From Octopus vulgaris (taxonomy: Eukaryota), in NCBI GenBank assembly GCA_951406725.2, contig OX597838.1:6324001-6388000 (forward strand): 64,000 nucleotides of DNA. Reading direction: 5' to 3'. Of the stretch, positions 28,034-42,034 are shown one piece after another. How positions within the stretch are numbered: position 1 is the first letter of the stretch; every line of letters starts with the position of its first letter. The notes beneath the pieces are model-generated. The model was not told where the DNA came from. It made no database searches and saw nothing but the letters and a program-made list of their open reading frames with translations. The translations under genes and the position numbers were made by a program.

Positions 28034-29064
28034 TTAATAATTGCCTAACAGTTTGCCAGGTACTCGATACTTCATGCCACCTAATTGAAAACAAGGAGGT
28101 AAGCTTTACTGATATAGAGATTAACCAAAGATACAGCATATAAACCTTTAGGGTCAGCGTTCCTGCGTCAGAAATATACCAATTATGAGTTCAACTGCCG
28201 CTTTTTCCTTCAATTAATCATCTCCATATCTGACGTTAAAAACATAAAAACAAGAAAACCACGCAGTAGGAAATAAAAAAAGAAAAGAAATCCTTAAGTG
28301 ATGTCGTTTATTTACTTTGCTATTTATAATATACTCCATTCCATGATTCATTGCTCTTATCGTCCACGCAATTTAGCAGCATGGGATCTGATATGCTGAT
28401 AGTGTGCCGTAATGTATGTTATTAACATGTATAGTCTTTGATCTTAAAAACTAGATTAATCAGGTTATGAAATGGTTGAGCGTATTGCCACTGGATGCGG
28501 TTTATCCTGGTTATGTTTGTGCTTTTCCTGTTGAGTGTTATTGTTGTTTTCACGTTCGAGTTTTGTATTTTTATCTCTTGGTCAGACCCAGTAAAGCAGG
28601 TACACAAACGACCAAAATTCCTTTCCATTCATGACAATAGCGTGTTTTCTTGTCGAATAGTGCGTTCCGTACTGTATTATCCAAATTTTCCAACGCTTCC
28701 ATATAACGACTGAGCATAACATTTGCTTGAAAATTTCCCACTATTTATTATTCACTTGTCCAAACAAAGAGATGCGCTCAACTTGACGCTTCGCGATTTT
28801 TTATTATTTATTTGTCTATGTTCCGTTTTTCTTGTATTTCTCGTAGATTTGTTTGCTGTCATTAGATCAATCAGATTTCCTTTCCTCAACTGATTGTAAT
28901 CTTTCTCTCTGACATTCATGGACGTTTGGAAAGGTGGCATTACAAGTCGACCAGTAACCCGACGAACAACGCCCTATTATCACTGCACAGTGACTGTATT
29001 GAACATTTGTCTGCTCCTCGCTCCCTTTGCTCTATATATTTTGAGGAAAGCTATGTGTTAAATA

Positions 29065-29099
<35 letters not shown>

Positions 29100-29330
29100 A
29101 TCAAAATAGGTTAGTAAAAAATTCAATAGAAATGTTTTCGCCACCAGCGGTCTAGTGAGAAAGAGAAAATAGTCAAAGACTATATATATAAATTCAACAA
29201 CAATTGAGGAACGGCTTCGATAGGCCATTCAACCCAATAGAAAGAGCAGCCAGGACTCAAACCACCAAGTAGTAGTAATTCAGAAATTAAATATATATGT
29301 GTGTGTGTGTATGTGTGTGTGTGTGTGTGT

Positions 29331-29521
29331 ACCGTTGGCAATTTTTTTTACTCTGTCTCCCCTTCTCGGGATCTTTCCTTCTCCTATGTGTCTAAAGAAG
29401 AGCTCCGCTCGAAACGTAAAACCCTCCTTCTTCCCTTCCTTCCTGAGCGTCCAATAATACTATATTTGTTCCACATCCTCGCGTTGTTGTGTTTTCTCTT
29501 TGAGTTTTCATGTTTGGAATA

Positions 29522-29525
<4 letters not shown>
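29331..29525 (+). mobile_element. Family F short element with decayed hammerhead (29388-29422)
   Basis: gtgt-CTAAAGA-a-gagc(tcc)gctc-GAAA-cg-TA-aaac (G5 mutated); downstream ttcctgagcgt..aatac block shared with 46626-46815; partial reverse 3' copy at ~32660-32737; between (GT)n and (TA)n. Confidence 0.65.
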
Positions 29526-29558
<33 letters not shown>

Positions 29559-30163
29559 TCAGAAAGGCTGTTCAGGCTAAATTCGACGATCTATTATATA
29601 TCCGTTGGCATGGAAGTGTAGAAAACATTTGCATAGAGGAAAAGAGTCGTCTGTGCCGTGATGATTCGCAATGACTACCGCAATGCCAGTATCATGACTT
29701 TGTACACAACCACGAGAAACTGATAAAGATTTTGCTCTCAATAGACTGAAAGGCAATGTGAGCTTAAGATGGGAATACGGGGGAATTGACGCTTAGCAGT
29801 TTATCCAACATACTAACAATCCTGCGAGCCCGCCGCCTAAATATCATTATTATTGTTGTTGTTGTTGTTATATATTTTTATATTATATAACCTGTTTATT
29901 CTTTAATTATATGTTGACTATGTAGCGACTATCATCGGTGTCTGCTGCATATCATTCTGTACGAATATACCTAAGTTTATATAGGAGAACGCATTAAAAC
30001 TTCGAGATTAATGAGTCCCGAAGTATTGGAGGAAAGCATATTCTTATCATTATTATTATTATTATTATTATGATTATTATTATTACTATTATAATTATTA
30101 TTATTGTTATTATTATTATTATTATTATTAATATTATCATCTCCAATAAAAATGATAAGAAGA

Positions 30164-30258
30164 AGAAGACAGCTGCCTAAGGTTCCACGTAGTGGGAGTG
30201 AACCCGGAACCATGTAGTTGATTAGCGAGCTTCTCACCACACAGACACGCCTGCGTCT
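30164..30258 (-). mobile_element. SINE family A, 5' head only
   Basis: Reverse complement of agacgcaggcgtgtctgtgtggtgagaagctcgct...atggttccgggttcactcccact. Confidence 0.8.
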
Positions 30259-30423
30259 AAACAAGAAAGAGCATATATATATACGCAAGAAGATGGGTTG
30301 CCCGTTTCTAGAAATCTTTTAATCATTTCTTTGTTAAATAGAAATGAACGAGGACTACCGAACAAGGACAAATGAGGATTGTATTATTTACTGGGGATGC
30401 TGTTTAAAGTATATCAGACAGAT

Positions 30424-30589
30424 AGGCGCAGGAGTGGCTGTGTGGTAGTAGCTTGCTAACCAACCACATGGTTCCGGGTTCTGTCCCACTGCGTGGTATC
30501 TTGGGCAAGTGTCTTCTGATATAGCCCCGGGCCGACCAATGCCTTGTGAGTGGACTTGGTAGAGGAAACTGAAAGAAGCCTGTCGCATA

Positions 30590-30673
<84 letters not shown>

Positions 30674-30900
30674 ATATATGTTGTGTGTGTTTGTGTGTCT
30701 GTGTTTGTCCCCCTAGCATTGCTTGACAACCGATGCTGGTGTGTTTACGTCCCCGTCACTTAGCGGTTCAGCAAAAGAGACCGATAGAATAAGTGTTAGG
30801 CTTACAAAGAATAAGTCCCGGGATCGATTTGCTCGACTAAAGGCGGTGCTCCAGCATGGCCGCAGTCAAAATGACTGAAACAAGTAAAAGAGTAAAAGAG
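30424..30900 (+). mobile_element. SINE family A, full length (tRNA head + CORE-like block; resembles octopus OR-type SINEs)
   Basis: tggctgtgtggta A box, ggttctgtccc B box, CORE-like cttgggcaagtgtcttc, internal (TA)n/(TG)n, 3' gactgaaacaa(gtaaaaga)2. The family name is from memory. Confidence 0.9.
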
Positions 30901-32874
30901 AGAGAGAGAGTATCATAATTATTATCATGAAGACGACGACGACGATGATGATGATGCTGATAATGATGTTGGTTGTGCTGTTATTGGTCCTGATGTCGTT
31001 GTCGGTGATGACGTTGTTAAGTGCATGACGGTAGCAATGATGATGATAACGACGATGAGGGCGACTATCCCGATAATTATGGCGACACAGACGACGATGA
31101 CGACGATGACGACGATAGCACGTAATAAAGCGTTTCTCACACCAACCAACTCTTGAACTCCATAAATCCTAATCATTTCAGAAGGATGGATTCTATTAGA
31201 GATATTTCCAGTCAGTTTCATTATACGATGTGTTTACAATTAACTATCGTCAAACAGTTCAGCATTACCAGGAAATAAACTAATCGAGAGTCACACCGCC
31301 AATTCTCATCATGTCATCACTGTATAACCAACAGAAATCTCTCCCAGTGGAGACAGGCTTCGATGTTCATTTCTGTCCTTGACGTAACGGACACCATTTT
31401 ACTTTTATTTTCTACTTTGACTACGTTGTTCATATTTTGTATACAAGCATGGATGTTACAACATCATTTCATTTCTAGCTCCCTTGAAATTTAATGATTA
31501 TATAATTCAGCCGAAGAATGTAGGATGAGCAATGTAAAATAGTTGCAAAAATGAGGAATCCGGCGTCCTGTCCAGGTAGAGAATATATTGACTACTAAAA
31601 CCGGGAAACTGACTCGGGAAGGAACTTTTTCTATTCTTACCGTCTATTCAAATAAAACGTAGGATTTATGTGTTTCTAAGTTCATCGATGGCGAAAATAT
31701 ATATGGTAAATTGAACGTCGAGGAACCTCGTCACCATTATTTATCTCATGCATTCCGGATTTTCATTTTCTTTTCCTACCTCTGTCCCTTATAAAGTTGC
31801 ACAATATTTGTATGATGCTTTACCGATATCGATAATTCAATCACTATTTGGGAATGAATATATAGTAGCGAAAAACATTTATTATGTATTTTGTTATCAG
31901 CGAAATCTATTACTAAGATTTGTGCTCGGAACCAACGAAAATGTGTTGGATAAAATACAAGGAAATGAAACTTTCAAAGAAGAGTTCTGCTTTCCGTCAT
32001 ACCCCACCACATACATATACAAAAAAAAATAGCTAGCAAGAAACACGCACAAACACAATACGTTTAGAAATCAGCCATGAGTAACATATACTCGATCATT
32101 TCTTTAAAAACCACTTCGATTCTTAAAATCTATATTTAAAATATAAAACTGAAATGACTTTAAATGGTTATTCCCACCAGAAATCCAATATCGCATTCAA
32201 TTGTAGAAACGAACAACACTGAGAAAGAAACGGAGATTTTAAAAATACATTTCAGAAAGTAAAACGAGAAACAAGTACATCGTCGAATGTATTAGGCAAA
32301 CGTAAGAATTCAAAGGGTGGCGGGGAAAAAAAATCTATAGAGTTTCTGTTATGTTCTGTGTTAGACATTTATGTATATATTTTTTTGTAAAATTCTCTTT
32401 TTATGTCTCATTGATGTCTCATTCAAAAACTCAATTTGCTCACACTAAAATATTGAAAGCTTTCTGCTCTCTGTTCAGTTAAAAATGTTGAAAAGATAGA
32501 ACATCTCAAATGGAATAGTCACACACAGGCGCACGCACGCATACTCACACACACACTCACACACACACACACACACTCACACACACAGACACACACACAC
32601 ACACTCACACACACACACACACACACACACATACATGCGTACATATATATGTATGTATATATATAAAGTTAATCCAAACAAGAAAACACAGAAAAAAAGG
32701 GAAAAAAAGAAGAAAAAAACACAGCAACGCAGGACATATATGTATATATATATATATATATATATCTATATATATACAGATATATATACATATATGTATA
32801 TACATATATATATATGTGTGTATACATATAAACATATGTATATATATGCATATATATGTATATATATGTATATA

Positions 32875-32910
<36 letters not shown>

Positions 32911-33184
32911 CATATATATGTGTATGTGTATAACATCATTATTTTACATTTGTATGAATATCCACATGTACTGATGTAAAAACATCTGAGTTGTTGTAAA
33001 GTGTTCTATTGTGTGTTCTATTTTTCCGCTATTTCCTACTTACGCCTCCATTCCACTCACTTTCTCCGCACACACGTGTCGTTGACACATAGACTACAGC
33101 ACACACAAAAAAACGCACGGAAACACACATCTTCACATGGATGTACACGCGGAGCATTCACAGTGATGTTTATTATACATAACC

Positions 33185-33240
<56 letters not shown>

Positions 33241-33241
33241 A

Positions 33242-33321
<80 letters not shown>

Positions 33322-33807
33322 TATATGTGTATATGTGTGTGTGTGCATGCACATACGTACATGCATACGTACAAGTATACAACCATACATTCGTGCATAA
33401 ATACATCGACACACAAAGGGAGAGATTTTGTAGTGTATGAGATTGCGTGGGTGAGAGATACATAGAGAGAGAGAGAGAGGGAAGGAGGGAGACCGAGAAA
33501 GATATTATAAATATAAATTGCTCAATAAATATACAGTATTTAGAACAGAATGTGTATTTCAGTCAGTGATGCTGGAGTATTTGTTATCCCCGTTTCCCAC
33601 ACAGCAGTTCTGTGTCACAGAGTACATAAAGAGAAGCTAAACAAATATAATGTTTATAGAATATTTACACCAATTTACCTGCATGACAGTGATACAGACT
33701 GTCTATCAGTTGCATAACATAAATTAATTACTAAAAATCATTGTGAACTTAGGTTCTTATATAAGTTCATGTTAGTCGGATTGGTGCCTTCGTTTTAATG
33801 TTACTTT

Positions 33808-33940
33808 CCCTGTCGTTCGGCTGGTGTATATTCCAGCCGTCTTCGGGTGCCTTGTCTTGAACCCAGTTGTTGTATTGGAATTCGAAGGTGAATCTTTCAT
33901 TGATCTACAAAGGTCTGTTTCATCTTACGATTCCACACCA
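33808..33940 (-). mobile_element. Old Penelope-like 3' remnant with decayed hammerhead
   Basis: Minus: CCGAAGA-c-ggctgg(aatataca)ccagcc-GAA-cg; perfect 6-bp helix II, but one core A is lost and helix I is poor. Confidence 0.45.
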
Positions 33941-33947
33941 GGTATCT

Positions 33948-34028
<81 letters not shown>

Positions 34029-34169
34029 TTATGTTTGTATATATGTATGTATGTATATACAAACGGAGTTTAACGCAGGTATAATTCAAATACTTTTACT
34101 TCCGACACATGTTTCGAAGATTTTTTCCGTGTTAATTGTTAACAAGTGAAAAATACACTCATCTCTCTG

Positions 34170-34227
<58 letters not shown>

Positions 34228-34234
<7 letters not shown>

Positions 34235-34399
34235 GTGGCAAAATTATCATAATAACTGTTACTCTGAGTTTCATGTTCTCGTTTGTCGGAGAGATTTTGT
34301 GATATTTTTGATATTTTTTAAATAAGGAATTGTACTCTACCTCCGGTATTAAATTACTATTTCTTCCATCTTGATTCACATTTATTTGCTTACTCAGGT
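34228..34399. mobile_element. Family D element (diverged)
   Basis: Minus-strand ccgacaa-acg(agaa)cat-GAAA-ctcagag-ta-acag at 34256-34290; plus-strand tail tactctacc...ttcacattta..ttactc matches 9520-9588. Confidence 0.7.
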
Positions 34400-34423
34400 A
34401 TACACAAAGACACACACACAAAG

Positions 34424-34469
<46 letters not shown>

Positions 34470-34513
34470 TATTATATAGATAGATAGATAGATAGATAGA
34501 TAGAGAGATAGAT

Positions 34514-34603
<90 letters not shown>

Positions 34604-35901
34604 TGTGTGTGTGTGTGCGTGCGTGTGTGTGTGTAAACATACATGCATAATACATACATGCATTCATGCATGCATACATATAAACATAAATATAACAAAG
34701 TTTCTTTTCTTAAATATAACAGTTATCTATTACACTCAGGAGAACTCTGGTCTGTCCAGCACTCTAATAGAAGGCAATTATTGTCAAAAACATCATTAAG
34801 TTTGTCCAAGTTTGCGTATACGTGTTTATGAACAGACATTTTAGAGACACAATGATAGTTTTGCAGCATATAGGAGCGGATATATGCATGCGTGTATGTG
34901 CTTCCATATAAATGGGAGCGTATCTGCCCAGTTCTGAGGAAAGAAGCAAAGTGTCTTTAATACATTAAATTTACAATGAAGTATAAGTTTGAGGCAGCAT
35001 GAACATCTATATGTAGACATCGCGTATGTATAACAGGGTTTGTGTGATGTTTTAAATTTATGATCACTGACTTAATTTCGATTTTCCTTTATAGAGAGAA
35101 TTACATAATTTCGAACCCAATGGTTTTGAATTGATGTTATTCTTGCAGATGATAGAAGTCTCACGAACGTTCCATATTCATGTGTGTTCCTTTACGTATA
35201 TACCTCCATGATTTATCAAAAACCTTTGCAGAAATTCAATATCATGTCCCAAACAAATTAGGTAGAATCTGCAGAAACAAAAATTGTAATTTCACACAGT
35301 TCTCGTATCATGTTTTATGTTTTTGCCTCTTTGTAAATGTAAATATCTATTCAATATATTACATAATAACTTATTCCATATCGACATACGCTCTATTCTA
35401 CAGCCAAAAGTACACGCGCGTACATATAGTTATTCATGTATACCTTACCCTATATATATGTGAGTGTGTATGAGTATGTGTGAGTATTGATTTTTGTTTT
35501 ATGTTGAGTTATAAAAAACAATTTTCCTATCTATTTTTTTTTTAAACTGAAGGATCACTCAATACATTTCTCAGAAAACATTTATTATTCTTTAACTAGA
35601 GTAGCGCTTTTAGTGACTTCGAAGTCTCAGTCAGTTATTATTTAGTCAGTCTGACTGAGCATGCAAAATTTCACTCATCTCGTAGAATCACTACCGCGAC
35701 GGATAGAACAGTTAGCAGCATTCCGTCAACGACTTTACGTTTAATTCACTTTTGAGGGGCGGGGCAATAAAATAGTTACCTGTTGAACACTCGGGTGAAT
35801 GTAATTGAGTTAAGCTTCACACGAAATTGTCAGACTTGTGTCGAAATTTTACACCAAAACTATAGTACATGTGTGTGTGTGTGTCTTTGTACATACACAC
35901 A

Positions 35902-35938
<37 letters not shown>

Positions 35939-35941
<3 letters not shown>

Positions 35942-36138
35942 CAGCACGGATTTTATCAGTGAACAGGTCGCGGATTTTAGCGACGAAAATATTTCGACAA
36001 ATTAAACTTAAATGTTGAAGTGAATCGAACGGCTTTTATGTGTTTCTTAAATGGCTTACAAACACCTTTCACGCTGCAATTGTTTTCGTTCCAGGACACG
36101 ATCTCAGATCAAATCAATTGCTATGCAAGTACATCTCC
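35939..36138 (+). mobile_element. Family E element, second copy, with variant hammerhead (35952-36001)
   Basis: tttatca-GTGAACA-g-gtcgc(ggatttta)gcgac-GAAA-atat-TT-cgacaaa; (TA)n on both sides. Confidence 0.8.
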
Positions 36139-36596
36139 GTAATATATATATATATATAATATTCAATTTCCATAGATAATAATATATTCAATAGTATAGT
36201 CCAAGTACTCTGTAATCCATGATCTATCTAACCACATCGGATAATTGGGAACGAGATATTGTTCAAGCAAAGCAATCATAGTGTTCTTTCCCCGAGAGAG
36301 AAATCTTGAGTTCGATCCTTTAGACATTATGCAGTATAGTGTGTGTAGATTTAAAACGTTAAATAATAATGAAGATATGTTCATCCCCAAAACGTTTCAT
36401 GTGTCAATCCGTCAAATGTTTCTGTTACATGGAGATCCTAGGATGTCCTCTCCGGTTGCACCCTGTTGTTTTGGTGTCATTATGATTTCATCCAAGATAA
36501 ACATATCCCTGCAGCTTTTTTCAAGATATTACTACTATGAGCCATGTGTATATATATGTATATGTGTGTGTGTGTGTATATATATATTATACTATA

Positions 36597-37148
36597 CAGT
36601 GTTATTTAAAGAGAATGAACCGATTTCATTACGCAAAATTTTAATACGAAAAAACAATAAACTCCAGCTAAGTCGCAAGTATTTACTCACAATCAACTTT
36701 TATTTACTGTCTTAGAAGTGTTCAATGTGGCCACAACCTGCAGCACGAGGAATATCATTACAATAAGAGAATCCCTACACGTACCAGCATATCGCAATCC
36801 ACTGAGTTGATCGCTGTTGTTATTCGATGTTTAAGGTGTGGCAGCCATTCAACACTTAGAAAACCCCACCGCGACCCACTAACCTCGGTTACCTCAAACA
36901 TCGAATAGCAACACCGATCAACTCAATGGGCCGTAATATGCTGATACGTGTAGGAATTCACTTATCGCATTGCTGTTGCCTGTGCTACAGGTGGTGGCCA
37001 GGTAAGGGGTGGGCACATTGAACACTTGTAAGACAGGAAATAAAAGTTGATTGTGAGTAAATACTTGTGACTTAGCTAGAGTTTTCTATGGCTTTTCTTT
37101 ATTAAAATATCACGTAATGGAATCGGTTCATCATTTTGAATAACCCTG
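36597..37148. mobile_element. Tc1/mariner foldback MITE (~240-bp inverted arms)
   Basis: TA|cagtgttattt...aataaccctg|TA; arms 36597-36837 and 36891-37148 are reverse complements; right arm reads LKHRI..INS...MLIRV / EFTYRIAV..ATGGG..GGHIEHL*. Confidence 0.9.
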
Positions 37149-37713
37149 TATGCTACATTGTACACACATATACACACACAGGCACACACACACATGTAAA
37201 TATATATATACACGCACACGACTGTATAGTAAGGCATACCTGACGCTTATTTATATCGTTTTATGTAACACTTTGCGATCTAGTTCGGATTTTAACATTC
37301 CATGGTCAATGAAATTATCATCAAATAATTAGAATTTCTTGTATATTAGCTATGGATTTCACTTTCCGTCCTGGTGGATTCGGGGATTGTATATTATATA
37401 AGACATGCTACATATGACATCCATCCTAACAGCTACCTTTATATTGAATTGTATTATTATCCTAATAGCATTGTAAATTAACAAGTGTCATAATATTTCC
37501 CCCACATATCTAAATCTAATGAACCATTAACAGTATTGGTTCCGTCAGAGAGATACAGAAGAATTACTTCACTTTACTTGTCAAAGATGTACCACCAAAC
37601 ATTTGAAAACTTTCTAACGTAAAATAGCATTGCGTAATATAACATCTACTTAAATATGACAATAACTAAGCGGTTACGACCATTACGTCATTATGTAATA
37701 TTGCTTCACTCTT

Positions 37714-38294
37714 AAGGGGGCCAGCTGGCAGAGATGTTAAGACGCCGGGCGAAATGCTTAGCAGTATTTCGTCTGCCGCTACGTTCTGAGTTCAAATTCC
37801 GCCGAGGTCGACTTTGCTTTTCATCCTTTCGGGGTCGATTAAATAAGTACCAGTTACGCACTGGGGTCGATATAATCGACTTAATCCGTTTTGTCTTTCC
37901 TTGTTTGTCTCTTCCTTGTTTAGCCCCTTGTGGGTAGTAAAGAAATAGGTATTTAGTCTGCCGCTACGTTCTGAGTTCAAATTCCGCCGAGGTCGACTTT
38001 GCCTTTCATCCTTTCGGGGTCGATTACATTAATACCAGTTACGCACTGGTGTCGATATGATCGACTTAATCCGTTTGTCTGTCCTTGTTTGTCTCTTCTC
38101 TGTTTAGCTCCTTGTGGGTAGTAAAGAAATAGGTATTTCGTCTGTCTTTACGCTCTAAGTACAAATTCCGCCGACGTCGACTTTGCCTTTCATCCTTTCG
38201 GGGTAGATAAATTAAGTACCCGTTGCGTTCTCGAATGGATTAATCGACTAGAACCTGCCCCCAAATTCCAGGCCTTGTGCCTAAAGTAGAAAAC
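37714..38294 (+). mobile_element. SINE family B head-to-tail trimer
   Basis: One head, then units starting gtattt at 37764, 37949, 38133 (period 184-185); 17-bp flanking repeat at 37697-37713 / 38295-38311 (2 mismatches). Confidence 0.9.
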
Positions 38295-38753
38295 AATATT
38301 GTTTAACTCTTTCAACACACCTTCGACAAATTGCCTCACCATGTATGAACTACTTATAAATTGGAGCATAAATATTTTAAACAGCGAATTAATCGAGAAA
38401 AATGCTTGCTTTGCAGTATTTATTTAGAGTTCGTGATATTTAGAGTTCGTGATTTAGATTTCGTGACTTCAATTTTCTTCGTTCAATGCTTGATAAAATA
38501 CTAATCAGCTTAGTGACAGAGATTTTTTATCCATTGTGCGTGAGTCAAAAAGGAAACCGAAAGAATAAGTACCAGGCGTTAAAAAATATTGGAGTTTATT
38601 CGATCGACCGATTTGCTCAAGGAGGTGCCCAAGTATGGGCACAACCTGAAGATTGGAACAAGTATTGAAAAGTTCATATATATATGCATATATATATATG
38701 TGTGTGTATATATATATATGTGTGTGTGTGTGTACGCGCGCGACACACATATA

Positions 38754-38986
38754 TACTCTTTTAGTTTTTTTACTTGTTTCGGTCATTTGACTGTGGTCAT
38801 ACTGGAGCATCGCCTTTAGTCGACCAAATCCCTGCTGTACTCTTTTGCCACAACTTTCTCTCACTCTTTCTTCTGTTGGCCTGCTCGCTTAACCAGAGGG
38901 GCGGCGTCACTTGAAGGCTAAAAAACAATGCGAAGCGCATTGTGACCAGCGATGTGTAGCAACATCTGATAGCCTGGTTGGCCACG

Positions 38987-38990
<4 letters not shown>
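38754..38990. mobile_element. Composite: family-A 3' end (minus, 38754-38829) joined to the family-C body module with an alternative tail (plus)
   Basis: tactcttt..cttgtttcggtcatttgactg...gcctttagtcgaccaaat | ccctgctgtactcttttgccacaactttctctcactctttcttc + tgttggcctgctcgc...cacggtgata. Confidence 0.75.
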
Positions 38991-39024
<34 letters not shown>

Positions 39025-40845
39025 GGCGGGGATTTTTTTTCCAAACGGCATCTTGCTAACCCGGCTTGATTTCTCTTCGAGTTGTCTTTGCAAACATTGC
39101 TGATTACCATTCTCGTCTCTACTGTTGATTTTATCGTTCTTATTTAATGCTCTTTTATCGCGAACATAACTTAGTCTCATGTACGGGCACGAGCGTACAT
39201 AATCTCGACGACGAGAACTGCAGACACTAATTTTTTGATACCTTTTCTGTTTTTTGTTTTTTGCAAAGTGGTTTGCAAGTAGATTCATTCAACCAAAACT
39301 GTAATGAGCATGCGCTGAATAATCAGTGTTGTGGAAAATATTCCGCTTGTCGTTTTGTCTCAAATAAAAAATTTTTAAATGACTTGATAAGCGATCAAAG
39401 ATGTACAGTAAAAACTAAAATGAATTAATAAAAAAGAAAATGAGAAAAGACGACGTACATAACAAAGAGATTTGCTGGCGTAACACTAAAGACGAATGAA
39501 ATTATTAATAAAAATTTCAAGACAATGAAATAGAAATCCACACGATTTTTTTTTTTAATCGAATAAAATCACAACAGAATATTGCAGAGTCATAAATGGT
39601 GTGTCTTTTCGTGTGTGTGAATATGTACTTTTATGTGTGTGTTGTTGTCTGGCTTTTAATTGTTTATTCTTTTCTTTTTTTTTTATTCTGTTTTTTTTTT
39701 TTTTCGTTTTAGTTGTTGTTAAAACGAATTTTAATCTATGACAGAAAGCATTTTAATATTTCACTAATTAAAATGATTTTTAGAAAATGAGAGAAAAATT
39801 GAGAAAATGAAGTGAAAGCGTGTTAGAAGTAGGAAAAAAAAATAAGGCAGGAGAGACGGAGAAATGACTACACACACACACACACAAACACACACACTCG
39901 GACACAGGGAGACGGACATACGGCTGTATAGAGGCTTCCTCTTGGGTATAATTGTTATACTCAGGTGGGTCGGTGCCAATGTTTTCAGTGTCTTTAATCA
40001 TGCTAATGATGATGATAATAAAATCCTTATTGTCATCAAAATGTTGACAAACACGACATAAAGTGGATTATTATAGAGTACAAATACTATGAAATTTCAA
40101 GAAACGTTAGAATTTAAAATACAAAAAAACTAACATACACACCCATGAATGATTCATCAATGGATTCTATTATTATTGCTCCTTTTCTAATCCGGGACAG
40201 GAGTTACCTTCTCTTGAGTGCATTCTATATGCGGTTTTCAGATTAGCGAAGGTGCAGTATTAGCGAGGTGAGGCTGTCGGTGGGAGTAGCGAAATCGATA
40301 TTGCTTAGCTTGTGATTTTATCAAAGGTTTCAAGATTTTAGCGGCTTTTAATGTTTCTCTTCTATCTTTTCTTCGCCTATGCAATGACACGTGTATAAGT
40401 AATGTGATGTAGGGGGAAATAGTTTATTTAGCTTATAAAATTCTTTGGAAATTAGAGGAAAATTACAAATAACACATTTAAGATCTGCAATAATAAAAAT
40501 TAATGCCTCAACATGGATGTCCTGGACGGAATGCGTGCCTTGATCTTTACGACCCCTCATACTAAAGAGCAGATACAAGCCAAACAACCACAGCTTGAAA
40601 CGTCTATAAAAAGAATATGATTTCAAATTTTGAGCCCTTAGGTAATGTTCGAATCAAGAATTTCAAATCCATCGTTCTGTGAATATCACACTGCATTAGA
40701 TACTGCATTAGAAAATTCTTCAACGATTCAGATGACAAATTATAGATAGACAGAGATATATAGATAAGGATAGATAGATAGATAGGTAGGTAGATAGATA
40801 GGAATATAGATAGATAGTTAAGTAAATAGATAGATAGATAGATAG

Positions 40846-40937
<92 letters not shown>

Positions 40938-41509
40938 GTAGGTAGATAGATATGTAGATAGATAGGTAGATAGATAGATGTTTATGTGTGTGTGTGTGTG
41001 TACGTGTAGTGAATTATCTGGTCGATTAAAACATATGATGTGACAAAAGGCAACCGATCGATTAAAGCACAGATGGCTTCTTTTCCACAATGAAGCCTCT
41101 TGTAAGGAAAGACAAATTTTTAGGAAGCACCATTAGCAGACGTTTGGTGCGAATGATTGCCGCAGAATCAATGAACAACGTACTACAGAATGTTCTATAT
41201 AAAATTTATTCATTTACTGGGATGGTAACCCCCGCTACGGCTTGGATTTCAAAACGTACTTATAGACTACATGTGCACGCTGGTACAAAATCCAAAATTG
41301 TTCAACACCAACATGCGCGTGCGAGGGGACACATGCACGCTCGCACAAATATACGCGCCCGCACATACACGCGCGCGCACAGACATACATACACACAAAC
41401 ACATGCGTGTATACACGAGTCAGTTGCAAGAAAAACGATGAGAGAAGAGACATTTCCTGCGATTTATAGAAAGATTGACGTTGTTTAAATTGCATGTAAG
41501 AACAGAAGA

Positions 41510-41568
<59 letters not shown>

Positions 41569-41700
41569 CATATATATACATATATATATGTATATACAAA
41601 GAGAGGGAGAGTGAGGCGAAAGAGAGCGAGAGGTATGTATACATATACATATATATATATATGTATATATATGTATATACATGTATATATATATAAATGT

Positions 41701-41781
<81 letters not shown>

Positions 41782-41790
41782 CATATATGT

Positions 41791-41960
41791 AAGCGCATGA
41801 GTGGATCTGTGGTAAGTAGATTGCTTACCAGCCATATAGTTCCGGGTTCAGTCCCACTGCATTACAACTTGGGCACGTGTCTTCTGTTAAAACCTCGGGC
41901 CGACCACAGCCTTGTCAGTGGATTTTGGTACAGGGAAACTGAATGAAGCACGTCGTATAT
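41791..41960 (+). mobile_element. SINE family A, 5' half
   Basis: gttccgggttcagtcccactgc...ttgggcacgtgtcttct...gggccgaccacagccttgt...ggaaactgaatgaagc. Confidence 0.85.
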
Positions 41961-42034
41961 GTATGTATTCCTCTATATGTTTCCCCGTACCTTTGTCTTC
42001 AAGTGTTCCAGTAGAAGAAATTGGCGTTACGGTT

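Noticed and set aside
28495-28713. 72-aa ORF with a hydrophobic, signal-peptide-like N-terminus
   Set aside because: T-rich composition explains the hydrophobicity; no recognisable domain or supported exon structure.
37764-38294. Regularly spaced repeats suggestive of a CRISPR array
   Set aside because: Whole ~184-bp units repeat with no unique spacers; eukaryotic SINE multimer; no cas genes.
38421-38467. 16-bp tandem repeat tatttagagttcgtga, about 3 copies
   Set aside because: Ordinary local slippage with no further structure.
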